Assembly (NCBI GenBank): GCA_051047955.1
Contig: JBPGPT010000052.1
Coordinates: 1-64,000 of the forward strand
Length of the DNA stretch: 64,000 nucleotides
DNA from: Cystobasidiomycetes sp. EMM_F5
Taxonomy: Eukaryota
Direction of reading: 5' to 3'
Position 1 is the stretch's first letter; each line of letters begins with the position of its first letter. Shown here in pieces: positions 26,935-39,969 of this stretch. Both the position numbers and the translations under genes were made by a program. The notes under the pieces are model-generated. The model worked only from the letters and a program-made list of their open reading frames with translations. It was not told the DNA's origin and ran no database searches.

Positions 26935-29276
26935 TTAGGGTGCTCGCGTTTCATGTGGGTAAGGAGGTCTTGTGCTTTCGATATCTTCCAGAAGGTGCAC
27001 AAAAGTCTCCTCCACTGCGTCCACGCCCCAAAAATTATCACAATGTTCTCCTTCAGGTAAGCAGTGTCTAGTAAAGCCGTCCCGTATTTCAGTATATCGC
27101 AGAGTATTCGCCATGTATGCCACATACACTCTTAACAATTTCACAGTAGGTTCGTTCTTCTCCAGTCGTTCCAGCAGGGGCTTACACAGCACTGTAGAAG
27201 TGGAGTCTTGGCGTCATTGCGGAAAGCATTAGCGGAGGGGGTGCAGGGTGACATACCGAGATAATCTTTACCGCCATAATAAAGAGACAAAGGCGGGAAC
27301 CGTTCGTCGAACCATCTTGATACCTCACGATTCAGCACACATCCTCTGGAACTGAATCCTCCGGCTGCTGTCCACCAGAAAATGCCAGCAGAAGGAACAG
27401 GGCTGGGTGTGAATCGGAACATCTTCGGCTTTCGCCGGGGCAGCCAATTGGTGTCTGTCCATTGGAAAAGAAAGGCAAACATCTATCGATGGAAGAGTAT
27501 AATAAGGCAGTGCGTATGTTGACGGAGCATGCGAATGCTAACCTGATAGCCCAACAGCGCAAAGGGTAGAGATGGAGTATAATCGTACGCCCATCGCATG
27601 ATCGGTATAAAGTCCATGACGCCGAAAACCCGTTTCCACGTCTTCCAGTCCATGTGCTTGATGGCGGTGAAGGGAAAGCCAGTGGTAAGCGGGCCAGCAT
27701 AGACCGCGGGAGCGAGAGCGATGAAGACCGAGAGGGATTCGCCAAGCTGTGGGACCATACCTCGAGCTAGCGATACAAACATGGTCGCGTTGCCTTGCGA
27801 ATGACCAATGAAGGCAACCTTGTCATATCCAGCTGCAGAGAGAGGACAATGCGAAATTATGAAAAATCAGCCCCTTGCAGACTTGCTGGACTATACCACT
27901 ATACGGACTCTCTCTCTTTACGTGTTCGACCAGTGCTGGCAGATCATACATTGCCAGCTCACGGATGTTGTAGTCAAAGAACCTCGGATCAGACCGCTTG
28001 AGAGCAATGTGACCCATGTCGAAGACTGCCCGATTGTTCTGGATGTGCACGACAATGCGCAATCGTCAAGGACTTGGACAATAGTTGACAGCTCTACTCA
28101 CACCCAAGTACACTTGATAGCCGCTGACGTCTTGACAGCATCAGCCGCTGCATGTAATGAACGCGTATGAGATAGTACGTACCCATGCTCAGCCAGCCAA
28201 AAAGCCAGACTACGCTCTTCGCTTGTCACAAAGCTGCCGGAAGACTGGAAGAGGCCGTGTTGGATGATAACCGGGAAGCCGCCCCTACCATCTGCATGTA
28301 CTTTGCCACGGTGATTGGGTGCAATCACCTTGTGGACCCGCATCTTGTAGCCATCTTCAGTCACGACCTCTTGGTCTTCTATTTCATACCCGCAAGAGCG
28401 AGCGTAGTAGCCGATATCCTTGACAAGAGCCTCACGTTGCCAGACATCTGGCTTGTCCCACGGACGTGGTTGACGTACGCGGTGTCGGCCGAGCAACGTC
28501 GCCAACACATAGCCCAGAGCGCGAGAGGATAGAGCCCAGAGGACGATGAATAGTAGAAAACATGTCGATATTGTGTTGGCGAGCGTTTGCGTCCACAAGA
28601 GCTTCAAACGAGAACGATAGGTCGGGGCACGGAGGGGATGTTTGCCTCTTTCGGTGGATAGGAATGTCGGCATGGATGATGTAGTATCTTCTTCAGTCTC
28701 GTCGTAGTAGTGCGGCATGGACAGGTACTGCTGCTGCAGGAGAGGGGTTCCTGGCCGGTCGATGATGTTGTGATTTACTCGCAGGAGCGGGCTACTTTCA
28801 GCGCTGTTGGAGTCTCGGCGTGGTCTACGGGGACTAGGTAGTGTATTATCTCTCGACGAGCCATTCTCCGGACCCAATTGCACCCTGAGCGGAGACGCCG
28901 CCCGGTGCATGTAGTCTATCGTTTCACCGGGCGGGTCTACGATATAATCCGGCGTCGAGGGTCCACTCGCATGAGGATTGGCAGTACTACTGCGTGCGAG
29001 TGGGTGCTGCAGCCTGTGAGCTACGCTGGCCGACGTCGCTATGGACGCCCTTCCTGGCGAGGCTGGCCTAAACGACTGGGGACTGGCCTGGCCGTCTCTG
29101 CCACCTTTCCGGACGCCGTCTGAGCTGTTAGCGCTGCTGTAGCCAGACTGCTGATTGTTAATTATTGATATATTATTCTCTGGAATGGGCGACGACGGCC
29201 TTGACCGCAGCCCGACTTGGCTGTTTCGCTTGACGCCAGTTGCGGAAGCCATAGCTGTTGGTGGGACATTCTGCAT
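26935..29276 (-). CDS. AB-hydrolase lipase / sterol esterase, copy B with long disordered N-terminus
   Basis: VVTEDGYKM, PVIIQHGLFQSSGSF, GHSQG, ALAPA, YYGGKD and EHCD. Exon pattern parallels copy A. Confidence 0.9.
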
Positions 29277-29843
29277 TGTTGAAGGTGGGCAGCGCTGGCA
29301 GTCTTGGATTAATTAGCCATGTCGGAGTCGGGGAATTCAAAGAAACATCAAAAGATAAGCAACGAAACAGCAACGAAACAGCGAGCAATGGGCGATTAAC
29401 AGGTCATTAAAAGGACAGCGTGCAGTATACTCTGTGTGCCGCTATCGAGTATCGCAGCTGACATGGGCTGATTGGAACTCATTTCGAAGTGAAAAGAATG
29501 GATATATGGCTGACGAGATGAGACTGACACGCTGATTCAACTCGCTGACAAGCTAATCACTGCCCGAGTCGTACATAGGCCAGGCCAGGCCAGCTCGTAG
29601 CTAAAACTCACTTCCTGCCATATTCGGCCAGCCATTAATGACCAAACTCGCACGCTGCCATTGTTGGCAACGGCCTGAATTAACGCTGGGGAGGGCTCAT
29701 ACTACATCTACACTCGACGTCCCTCCTCTCCTCTGCTTCATCCACGTATCCATCCTCACCTGCTGATTTCCAGAGTCTCCGCTTTTGTCGCTCGACACCC
29801 ACTCTCCTTCTACCAGAGCCATTCCAACACAGGACACACACTC

Positions 29844-30340
29844 ATGTTTCTCAAGGAAGTTGTACTCTACTGCTCAGCAGTGCTAGCAGCATCAGTCTAC
29901 GCATCCAACTCGGACAATTGCTACAATATCGGCAAGTCATCTTTGCACTCTCTTCAATAGCAGCCACTAATCCTCGCATCTCTCAGGCTACAACGTGGCA
30001 ATCAACGACGCTTACAACGACATCTGTCAGGCGGGATACGTCGCTAAAGTCTTCGCCAAGGAATACAATCCATACTCTGTTACATACTCCGGCAAGGCAG
30101 CCAACGGAGTAGACAGTTCATGCACCGATAATTCGTATGTAGTACGATGTCCTTCCTTCCCAAAGCCGTACTGACGATATCTGCAGCGACTCGTACATGA
30201 GTGGCTACGAGAAGGGCTATGCAAGCGAATTGAAGCAGCAAAAGAGCCTATACGATACATGCTACAATCAGAAGAGCGAGCCGAAGAAGACTGGAGCAGC
30301 CACAACGACCGCCAAGAGGCCCATGTTCACGCCGCATTGA
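29844..30340 (+). CDS. Small secreted Cys-containing protein (129 aa, 3 exons)
   Basis: Signal-like MFLKEVVLYCSAVLAASVYA. Exons 29844-29931, 29987-30134 and 30187-30340 total 390 nt and stay in frame. The first intron is GC-AG. Confidence 0.75.
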
Positions 30341-30468
30341 GGAGGGCCGCCCAGAGTCTTCCAGCTCGTTCTACTCTGTTGTAACCCATTTCTGCACAGC
30401 ATTCGGCTGTCATATCTTTACATGAGAGTATACCTCACACTTACGCAGGTCTTCAGACACTTGTGCCT

Positions 30469-33400
30469 TCAGTCTCTTTCCTCCTGCTTATCTCTTGAAC
30501 TTCGATACTGGTTCGGTAGACAAAGCCCAAAACAAAATACTGAGCGGAGTAGCCCAAACCGATTTGTGTTAGTTTCCTTCTTCCAATGACGATCTAGATT
30601 CCGCAGGGCCTGTCAGGGCGATACGGGCTATTCAGTTCACTTGCACAAGCACAATACGGCTTCCGATAACATACCTCAAGCTCTCTGACAAATTGCTCGC
30701 CAATGAGGACTCGCAAGCCTAGACGATTTGACTTGTCGAAAATAATCTTCTTTATGCCGTGCAGCCAGTGAAAGTATGCCATCTGACCCTGCACGACCTG
30801 GCGTTGACTGGCCTTGTCCCGTATCGAAAGAAACTTGCGGGCCTCTTCCAATGACGTAGTTATGGCAATCAGCAGGCTGCGTATCGGGTCGTGCAACATC
30901 AGCATGTAGGCATGTCCAGACGTTCTCAGCCGTACTTACATTTCGATATGAGCCGCAAAGTCTGAAAAGAAGCGGAAGGCACACTGTTCACGGATTGACT
31001 CTTACTCAGCCAATCCGCCTCAATCGCAGCAGAGATGCTCACCAGGTATGCATTTATTACCGGAGCACAAGCCATGTGCAGCGTTTCCGCTCGTGTATCT
31101 AGAAAGTACAGTTAGCCAGCTGTGGTACTCCACGTCGGCAACTCCGGCACTTGCCAGTAGCATGTATCGCTTCGTCAGACGATTCGATAATCTAGGGAAG
31201 CGGTCAATATCCGACCAAACTGACATGCTCATAGTGCCTACTTCTTTGGCAGCTTCCTTTGCTTGTAAAGAGAATTTAGCCATGAGGGTTGATCTATCGA
31301 CGACGATGCCGGCCAACTTGATGTATCCACTGACAGGATTCCGCAGCATTTCTCTAAACCTGCGATAATCCGAAGGGAGATTGCCTTCTTTGGCCGAGTT
31401 TGCGACGAGGTCGATGAATGATGATAAGAGATCAAGCAGACGAAGCCAGTATTGTATGCGGTGCCGGTTGCAATCTTCCAGGTCTCTGGTGTAGTCCCAC
31501 GCCAGATTACGCGTCTTTTTTCCTATGGAAAAGGTCGTCACTTGCTGTGCGGCAAGAGCAATCTCCGCTCCTGGAAGAAATAGCTCGTTTGGATCTGCCT
31601 GTGGAGGGGTCGAGATGTTGGAAAGCCAGCTAGGTAGCTTATCTCGTCCGACCTCGACCACCGGGCTTCTCTCTTCATCATCTTCAGGCGCATCATCCGC
31701 CATTCCCAACGTAGAAGTGTCGATGGGTTGCGTTGAGTCAAGACTCGGCGGAGCTATGCCAGCTGATTGTGGAGTCTCGCCACTTCCGGATGCACCAACT
31801 TGCGCAGACGTGTCCTCTCCCGCAGTTTTTTCATTTGCCGCGACCGGTCTGCGTTTCAGAATTGAAACGGGCGCTTTTTCCACATCTCGTTGGCGAGAAC
31901 TTTTCCTGCCTCCTCGCTCAGATTTATTTCGCTCAGCTTGCAGTTCGTCGAGCCTTGTTGAGGCTTTGCCACGCTGAGTGACTGATGACGCATCCGAGTC
32001 TGAAAGCGCGGACGATTCGGTATCTGTCAGGCTGCCATTGCTGTCATCGGGTTCATCAGACGAAGAATGTTTGCTGTCTGTACGTCTCGAGGTCTCAGCT
32101 GGCTCTTCGTCGTCCTGAGTACTGTCATTGTCCACGCGTGTTTGCAACAGACGGCTGCCGTGGTTGGCGCGTTCATGCTTAGTCTTCAATGCCCGCGAAC
32201 CTGTCTTCCGATTGGCTAGATCGGTTGTGTGCTTGTCTGTCTGCGCCCTGCTGATTGAAGCCTTTCCATGCTGTGTCCCGTCTGTTATCGTTTTCTCATC
32301 GCTGCTGGTGAGATCCGAGCTTGTACCTCCGGATGCAAGGCGTTGCGGCGGCTTGACTTTGTAGAGATAGTCAACATTGTTGTCGCCAGGTAGCCCTGTT
32401 GTGCGATGCGTCAGCCGTGTTACGCGCATATCGATCTCTTGCGGCATACGCGTTGGCTCGTCAGTGCCGGACAAAGTACTGGACTTTTGCCCGCTTCGAC
32501 TGCTTTCGTGGGTCGACTGCCGTTCGATGGATGCAATATCATCAAGTTTCTGCTTGTTGCGCTTGATGATTGTCGAGAAACCCGAAGATGCCGTTGCTGT
32601 GCTTTCTGCGTCGTCGTATATGCCGGAAGGACCTTTAGGTATAGTTTGGTTCGGCGTGATATGCTGCTTTGTAAGTGTTGGCACCTTCGATATTGCCGTC
32701 TTTGACCCATATCCAACAAGAGAATCGCCCATCTCCCGAGAGCTTTTTGGGGCTCCTACCGAAATGTCATCCAAAGCTTGTGTTTGAGTCGGGAAGAAGT
32801 GCGCTTTTGCAAAATCGATGACTGTCCCGCGCCCTGAGACAGAATCACCGCTCGATGAGGAAGAAGCAACGGTGCCTGCACGCAAGTTCGAAGTTTTCGT
32901 ATCTAATTTTGTTGATGCGACTGCCAGACGAGCGCGTGGAGGCCATATTGGACGCCAGTTCATTGAAGCAGAGGTTTCATCGCTTGTTTCAACGGTGTCT
33001 GACAGAGGAGAGGCAGGCTTCGAAAGGCGTGATCTCGATTCGAAGGCTGCTTCTACTGTATTGGCATTCATACGTTGTGATGGTTTCCGATATCGGTTCG
33101 AAGAGGCCTTGATAACCGGGGATTCCGACAGCCAGTCGGGGTTAGCATGTCTCGCCTCATGTCGATCTTTGCGTGCAGCTGCATTTGGGACTGGTCGCTC
33201 GTACTTGACGAGCGCGGACTCCAACTTTGCAGGCGGTGACGGCAGCAAGTCACCAGACTCCCCTCCAAGCCACTCTGTATTGAGTGAGGTGCCCTTGAGA
33301 TCCCGAGTCCGCAGTAGTCTGCCTGCGTAAATTGAGGCGACACTCTCACTGTTGGTTTCAATCCCGCTCGTACCACTCTGCGATGACTTTGTTTTGGCTG

Positions 33401-33848
33401 ATGCAGAATGTGTGGAGCACGTTGAATGCGTACATTCGGATTGGGAGCTGTGACAGCTCGAGCCACAGGATGATTCGCCGCTACTTTTACCAAGATAGCT
33501 TCCATCTACGCTTGGCGGACGATTTGGATCGGTAGTAAGGTCGGTTCCGTCGAGCCAGGTGTTGACAGACCGGAATGTTCGTGGTGAAGCAGGATGGAGG
33601 AGTACCACAGGAAGGGGCCTTTGCCGTGACGGAGGTAGTCCTTGGCGCGGGTACATAGCCGAGCGTCTGTCAGTCATCCTCCGGGACGATGCAGCCAACG
33701 ATGGGACATTTGATCGCACGGGAATGCCGAGTGTATCATAGTCGTATGCGAGATCCAGTTTGTCTTTTGTAGGCGCAAGAGAAGCCAACTGCGCTGGTGG
33801 AGGTAGGAACAAGCTGCCAGTAATCCAATCTGCGTAAGCTCTGTCCAT
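30469..33848 (-). CDS. Hypothetical protein, long Ser/Thr-rich disordered region plus helical C-terminal domain
   Basis: 942-codon ORF 33848-31020 plus short 3' exons joined by GT-AG introns. The 3' end is approximate. Confidence 0.7.
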
Positions 33849-34188
33849 GACATGTTGTGGGATGTCTGCTGTCGGACCGTAAATCGGTGGGCGGGCCGGA
33901 TGATGCAGACAGGTGCCGGCCCACGTCCCGTACTTTTGAGTCTGTATGGGCCTGTGTGAGCCTATCTAGCCCGTCTTTGCATCTGTGAGGGCCTTTCATA
34001 CTGCACACCGCTACGGGGGCCGACCGGCAGCGAAGCCGTCTAGGGCACTTCAAAGGCATCAGTATACGGTAATCTCAGTGTTCTTGAATCGCTTGTCCTG
34101 CGAGGTAGCCCATCAGCGTGTTTCCTCGACAAAGGTTTTGACGACCAAACATGGTCCAGCTCTCGGATGCCAGACTGTGCGTAGTCGC

Positions 34189-36942
34189 ATGATCCAACGC
34201 CAGCGAGTCGCACTCGTTTCTGCGCTGCTTGCTGTCCGGATACCGTCAGCTGGGCGGAGTATATCGTCAGTTGCCCTCAGGATGTCGTCGTCCTCGTCGC
34301 CGTCAGCATCAGCATCAGCATTCAAGTATCCATCAGCCCGCCGGAGTGACCACCAGGACACGTACGCCAGCAAGAAGCACGGCCAAATCAAGGTTCCGGA
34401 TCCGTACAGGTCAGCTGGGAAGGTCCTGGCCACCGTCCTTGACATCGAGACTGACGGATATCGTTGACTGATTCTTGTGGATTGAATATCCTCGAATCCC
34501 ATCTTGACTGACCCATCTTGATTCTGACATCCATTCTAAACCTCCCATTAACGTTTACTAGATGGCTCGAAGTGCCCCCGTCCGAGTCTCAAGAGACCCA
34601 GGCTTTCGTCGAAGCGCAGGCTGCCTTTACAGCTGAATATCTCGAGCGAGATGGAGACCGCGCCAAGCTGCAGGCTGCCCTCGAGAAAAACTACGACTAC
34701 GCCAAGTGTGAGTCAATTCAGACGAGTCCTTGATAGCCTCGACTGAGAGGCAGCGGTGTACAGTCTCTGCTCCACGCCTGCAGGAGGACGGCTACTACTA
34801 CTATTCCTTCAACAAAGGCCTCGATCCACAAGCACAAATATACCGCATCCATTCCAGCAATCTTCCCGACGTCTGGCCGGCCGACGCTACTGCCGTAGAT
34901 GGCGTCGAGCTATTCCTGGATCCCAATCGCTTCTCAAAGGATGGCACCGCTGCTCTGTCTGCCACTCGTTTCAGCAAGTCGGGCAAGTTTTACGCATACG
35001 GCATCAGCAGATCTGGATCCGACTGGTATACGGCATACGTGCGGGAGACCTCCTCTCCACATCCAGCGCAACCTTCAACCGCAACACAGGGCAAGGAGAG
35101 TCGTGACGAAGGACGCCTCGACGATGTGATTCGCTATGTCAAATACAGTGGGCTCACCTGGAGTCCAGACGATCGGGGGATATTCTATCAACGTTTCCCT
35201 CAAAAGTCGGATCATGGCTCTGCTGAAGACGACAAGGCAGGAACCGAGATAGCAGATGACAAGAACCCAGAGCTCATGTATCACAGGCTGGGAAGTAGTC
35301 AGGAACAAGACATCCGCGTAATGGTTGATCCAGAGAATCCGACCCACATGTTTGGTTTGACAGTCACGGACGATGGCAAGTACCTCATCCTTAGCGTCAG
35401 CAAAGATACCTCTCCGACGGCCAAGACCTGGATCGTGGAAATGGACAAGCTGGATCTGTCCGGAGACACGCCCGATATCGTGAAGGATATTCCGTGGGTA
35501 AAGGTCAAGGACGATTTCGAAGGCTCCGTAGACTATATCGCCAACGACGGAAGCAAATTTTGGTGGCAGTCGAATTGCAAAGCACCCCGAAGCAAGATCG
35601 TCATCAGTGATCTAGCAAAGCCGGAAGACGTGAGTCGTAGCTTTACCCGGCACAAAAATCGCTGATTCCCGACAATATTCAGGGTTTCGCGGACCTCATC
35701 GCCGAAGATCCGGCCTCAATTCTGTCCTCGTCCTTTGTGCTCGATAACGACAAGCTCATCACTATTCGATCACGCGATGTCAAGGATGAGATGTCAATGA
35801 ACGAATTACATACTGGCCACACTATCGGTAGAATCGGTGCCAACCTGATTGGAGACTTCGTGGAGGTGACAGGTCGACGACACCACACAGAAATGATGTT
35901 TAAAGTGTCCGGCTTTTCGAATCCAGGACTCATCTACCGCTATTCATATCTAGGGGACGGCAATAATCGCAGCGAGCAACTCTTCAGGTCTACGGTCGTC
36001 AAAGGCCTGAAGGTCGGCGACTTTGCAACGGAGCAGATCTTCTATCCTTCGAAGGACGGAACCCGTATTCCGATGTTTATCGTGACTCCAACGGGCGTGC
36101 CCAGGGGAGCTGCGGCGCTACTGTACGGGTATGGCGGCTTTGTGAGTATCGTCATGTCCAGTAGTATGTACTTGAGCTAATGCCGCGAAGCTTTGCAGTC
36201 AATTCCCATGGGACCCTTCTTCAGTACGGAAATGCTCACGCTTTGCAAGTCGTATGGAATGAGGCTGGCGGTAGCCAACATTCGAGGTGGCGGAGAATAC
36301 GGAGAAGATTGGCACGAAGCTGGAACCAAAGATAGGAAGCAGAATGTGTTTGACGACTTTCAACACGCTGCGCGATATTTGGTGGCCGAGGGATACGCCG
36401 CACCCAAGAAGATTGCCATCTATGGAGGCAGCAACGGCGGACTGCTGACAGCAGCTTGCGCGAATCAGGAACCGCAGCTATATGGCTGCGTTCTTGCTGC
36501 TGTGGGCGTGCTAGACATGTACGTTGTGATTCTCGGAATGGTTTTCCTGCAGGTCTTGACAATCTGTCTTCGCAGGCTACGATTCCACAAGTTTACGATT
36601 GGATCTGCTTGGTGCAGCGACTATGGAAACGCCGACCTAGCCGAGGATTTCGACTTCATCTATCCGTATTCTCCACTCCACAATGTCGACCCGGAGAAGG
36701 AATATCCTGCGATGATGCTGTTGACTGGAGATCACGACGATCGTGTCGTGCCGCTGCATTCGTTCAAGCACATCGCTACCTTGCAGCACGTTCTTGCAGA
36801 CAACCCCAATCCTCTGCTGCTGCGGGTTGCACTCAAGGCAGGCCATGGAGCTGGCAAGTCAACGCAGCAGCGCATCGAGGAGGCTGTCGACCGATGGAGC
36901 TTCCTAAGTCTTTCGTTGGGCCTAAAGTATCGAGACGTGTAG
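34189..36942 (+). CDS. Prolyl oligopeptidase (S9A)
   Basis: VPDPYRWLE, SKDGTRIPMFI, LYGYGGF, ANIRGGGEYGEDWH, nucleophile GGSNGGLL, DHDDRVVPLHS and KAGHGAGK. Confidence 0.96.
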
Positions 36943-37011
36943 GGCGAGGAACTGTTGTTGCACTAGCCTATTCGCAAAACATTTTAAAGATCAGACGTTG
37001 CCATCTACCGA

Positions 37012-37820
37012 ATGAGTCCGATTCCCGCAAAGCGGACTCTGCCAGACGTAGCGTCGCACTTGAACAAGAAACAACAGCTCACAACACCATCGTCGTCGAG
37101 CAAAATGACCGAAAGCAACGGTACATCGTCAAAAGCATCAGCTGCCGCCCAGTCGACATCGAGCTTCCTGGTCCAGCGGATAAAGCCAAACGCCAAAGTA
37201 CCTACACGAGGCTCATCTCACGCTGCTGGCTACGACCTGTATGCGTGAGTCGCAGCTTGCTGGGCGTTGCTGTTCAGACTGGCTCGCAGCTTTGCGCGTG
37301 GAGCATAGGCTATTACATGCCATCTGGACGCGTCAATTGCATTCCAGTACTCTTTTAAACACACCCGCTGACATTCTACCGCTTCATTCGCCGCCCGTCG
37401 CGTTTATTTGACCGTTCTAGCGCTGAAAACAAGACCGTTCCTGCAAGAGGCAAAGCCCTCATCAGCACCGGGCTGAGCATCGCAGTGCCAGTGGGAACGT
37501 ACGGCCGAGTTGCGCCTAGGAGCGGGTTAGGTTTGTCTGAATCAAGCGCTGGCTGCGTACGCCAATATTTACTAATTTACAATGACGCAGCTTCAAAATT
37601 CATGATTGACACTGGCGCAGGCGTGGTCGACGAAGACTACAGAGGCGAAGTCTTTGTTCTCCTCTTCAATCTGAGCGAAAAGGACTACGAAGTCGCAGAG
37701 GGAGACCGCATCGCTCAGCTCATCCTCGAACGGATAGTCACACCAGAGGCGATAGAGGTGGAGAGCTTGTCCGAAACGGTACGCGGAGGAGCAGGCTTCG
37801 GAAGCACCGGCAAGCAATGA
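37012..37820 (+). CDS. DUT1: dUTP pyrophosphatase
   Basis: All five motifs present: [32 protein letters not shown] and [10 protein letters not shown]. Alternative start at 37105. Confidence 0.96.
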
Positions 37821-37949
37821 ATAAATTGCTGGTCTCGTTGTAGAACAGGTCAAGCATTATCTGCCACATACAGACCGCGAAACAACGCCGTTTGAAGGCC
37901 ACACTTTGACTATGACAAAAGCGCAAGATCGCGCGCATCCGTTACTAAC

Positions 37950-39780
37950 TCAATCCGAACTCTGCCCGCTCCCGCACCTCCACCACTCCTTCTGTGCGGT
38001 TTGCGCGCTGAAAGTCTGACTTTTCAGAAAGCTGTCCAGCTCGCAGATCTGAGGTTGATTCGACGACTCGCACCCAGGAACAGGTAGCGCGATGCCACTG
38101 GCAAGTATGCGAAGGTGCAGTCTTGATTCCTGTGGCAACGTGCCGCATGAGAGCCTCTCAAAAACCATCCTGCCAGCAAATGGGGCAATGTGTCCAAATC
38201 GCCAGGATCTTTCGGGCAAGTAGTGGTCTGTGGGAAGCGATTGTGCGAGCTGGCTGGATGGTTTACTTTCGCGGAAAAGTCCCATAGCTGATGCTATGGC
38301 AGCCATTCTGTCCATCTCCGTGCTTAGCGCATTGTGGAAGACGTGAAGCTGTCATTTCTGCTTACGTATTGTCGTGACTGAAATCAGCATACACGCCGGC
38401 CCGCAGCGGAAAGCTCTTCTCATCCGAGTCTAGCGTCATGTTGACCTGCGTAGCATCTTTGACTGGAGATTCAGTCAAACGCGCTACCAGTTCGTTGATC
38501 CACCCAGCGCCTTGCAGCGGTCCGAGCTCGTGACCATATCCACGGTTGTAGAATTTTTCGAGGTCCTGTTGTGCGAATGTGATTCGTCGTCAGTCCGATT
38601 TGGATAATTAGACTAAATCCGGTAGTGACATACCAAAAAGTATTCGAACTGTAGAATCTCATCTTCCTGAAACAAGTAACAGAATTCCGATGTCGTTTGC
38701 TTTGCTGCACTTTCGAAAGCGCACAGCCAGAACAGCGTAACGATATCGAATGGCGAGAATCGGATGTTGGCAGACATTGTGAAGAACGATTCGAGTCGAG
38801 CGGCGATGGGCGGTGTGAAGCGCTTTGCCCAGTCCCACTCTGCATTAAGTGGACGCCAGGCCGGACAGTTGCTGTTGGCCAGCGTATCGTTGGACTGGGC
38901 GAGAATCGCATACAATCAGATATAGATGCAGGATCAAAATACCATTGTAACTCACGCCGCGGGCATCCGATATGACGAGAACTGGAGGCACCACCAGAGG
39001 ACTAGACAAACCCTGCTGGAATGCTGTAGATGTGTCAGTCAACGCATGACGCTTACCCCCACGCATTGTTACAACTTGCCCTTTCGCCAGAGATTGGCAC
39101 TTCGGACTACTCTTGGAGAGCTCGACGCGCGCACAAAGACGCCTTTGCCGGTAAGGTGGGCGTATCGGCTGCAAGCTTCGTGGCCAGCAGTGTAGCTCCT
39201 GTGAGAAGCAGAGGGCACAGTTGGCTGGCGCGACGAGCGTCGCTTGTGCCGGGCTCACCTACTCGTTCTCGCCCAGCGGAACCAAGTCTTCTGCTCCGAG
39301 AGTGAAGCGGTACGCGTCTAGGAAGCTGAACGGGTTGTGTGGGCAGCCTGCCTTTCTCTGCGCAGCGTGCAGGCGGTCCACCAGTCTGCGCATGTGGGAT
39401 TGCACCCCGTTTGTCGGGAAGCGAGCGCCATGGCGTTGCAGGATTACGACCTTGTCTACTGCGCAGTGCGACGGCGGAGACTCGTACTCTGCCAGGTTTC
39501 TGTATGGGCTGTACTGCGCGAGATGGTCAAATATGTAGGGAGGTCCAATTGAAGACGGCGACGGCGAAGAAGCGATATACGCTTGGATCAGTGGATGGAG
39601 CCAGTGCAGGACGGCGAGCAGCAGTGCGGCAGTGAGGAGCACTCTTATGGCTCTGTTGAGCTCGCTGGAGCTGGGTCCAATATGGCATTCACTCTTGACG
39701 GCAGTCTCGCTCGACGTCGCAGCATTATCGCTGAGCTCGTCGTCGTCGTCGTCTTTCTGGGCAGCATCCGTTGTGGTCAT
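37950..39780 (-). CDS. Histidine acid phosphatase / phytase family, N-terminal membrane anchor
   Basis: LAQYSPY, catalytic RHGARFP and VYADFSHDN (38365-38395). Hydrophobic segment near the N-terminus. Confidence 0.92.
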
Positions 39781-39969
39781 GGTGGTCTGGTATGGTCATC
39801 GTGTTGGACTCGAGAAGAAGTGCGGAGACGACATGGCTGGCGAGTATACAACAACAACGCAGAAATACCCAGTAATCGACTCATTCTCCATCTGCCATCC
39901 AACCTCAGTCGTCGTCGCGCTCGTCGTCTGGTCGCGAACTGATCCTGGCGACCTGTTGCGAGAAGACGG

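Noticed and set aside
29369..29392. Tandem 11-mer GCAACGAAACA x2 upstream of lipase B
   Set aside because: A simple slippage duplication with no further support.
29844..36942. MSDIN/POPB-type cyclic peptide (RiPP) cluster
   Set aside because: I found no MSDIN leader or repeated core peptide. The POP sits beside housekeeping genes and looks like the ordinary S9A enzyme.
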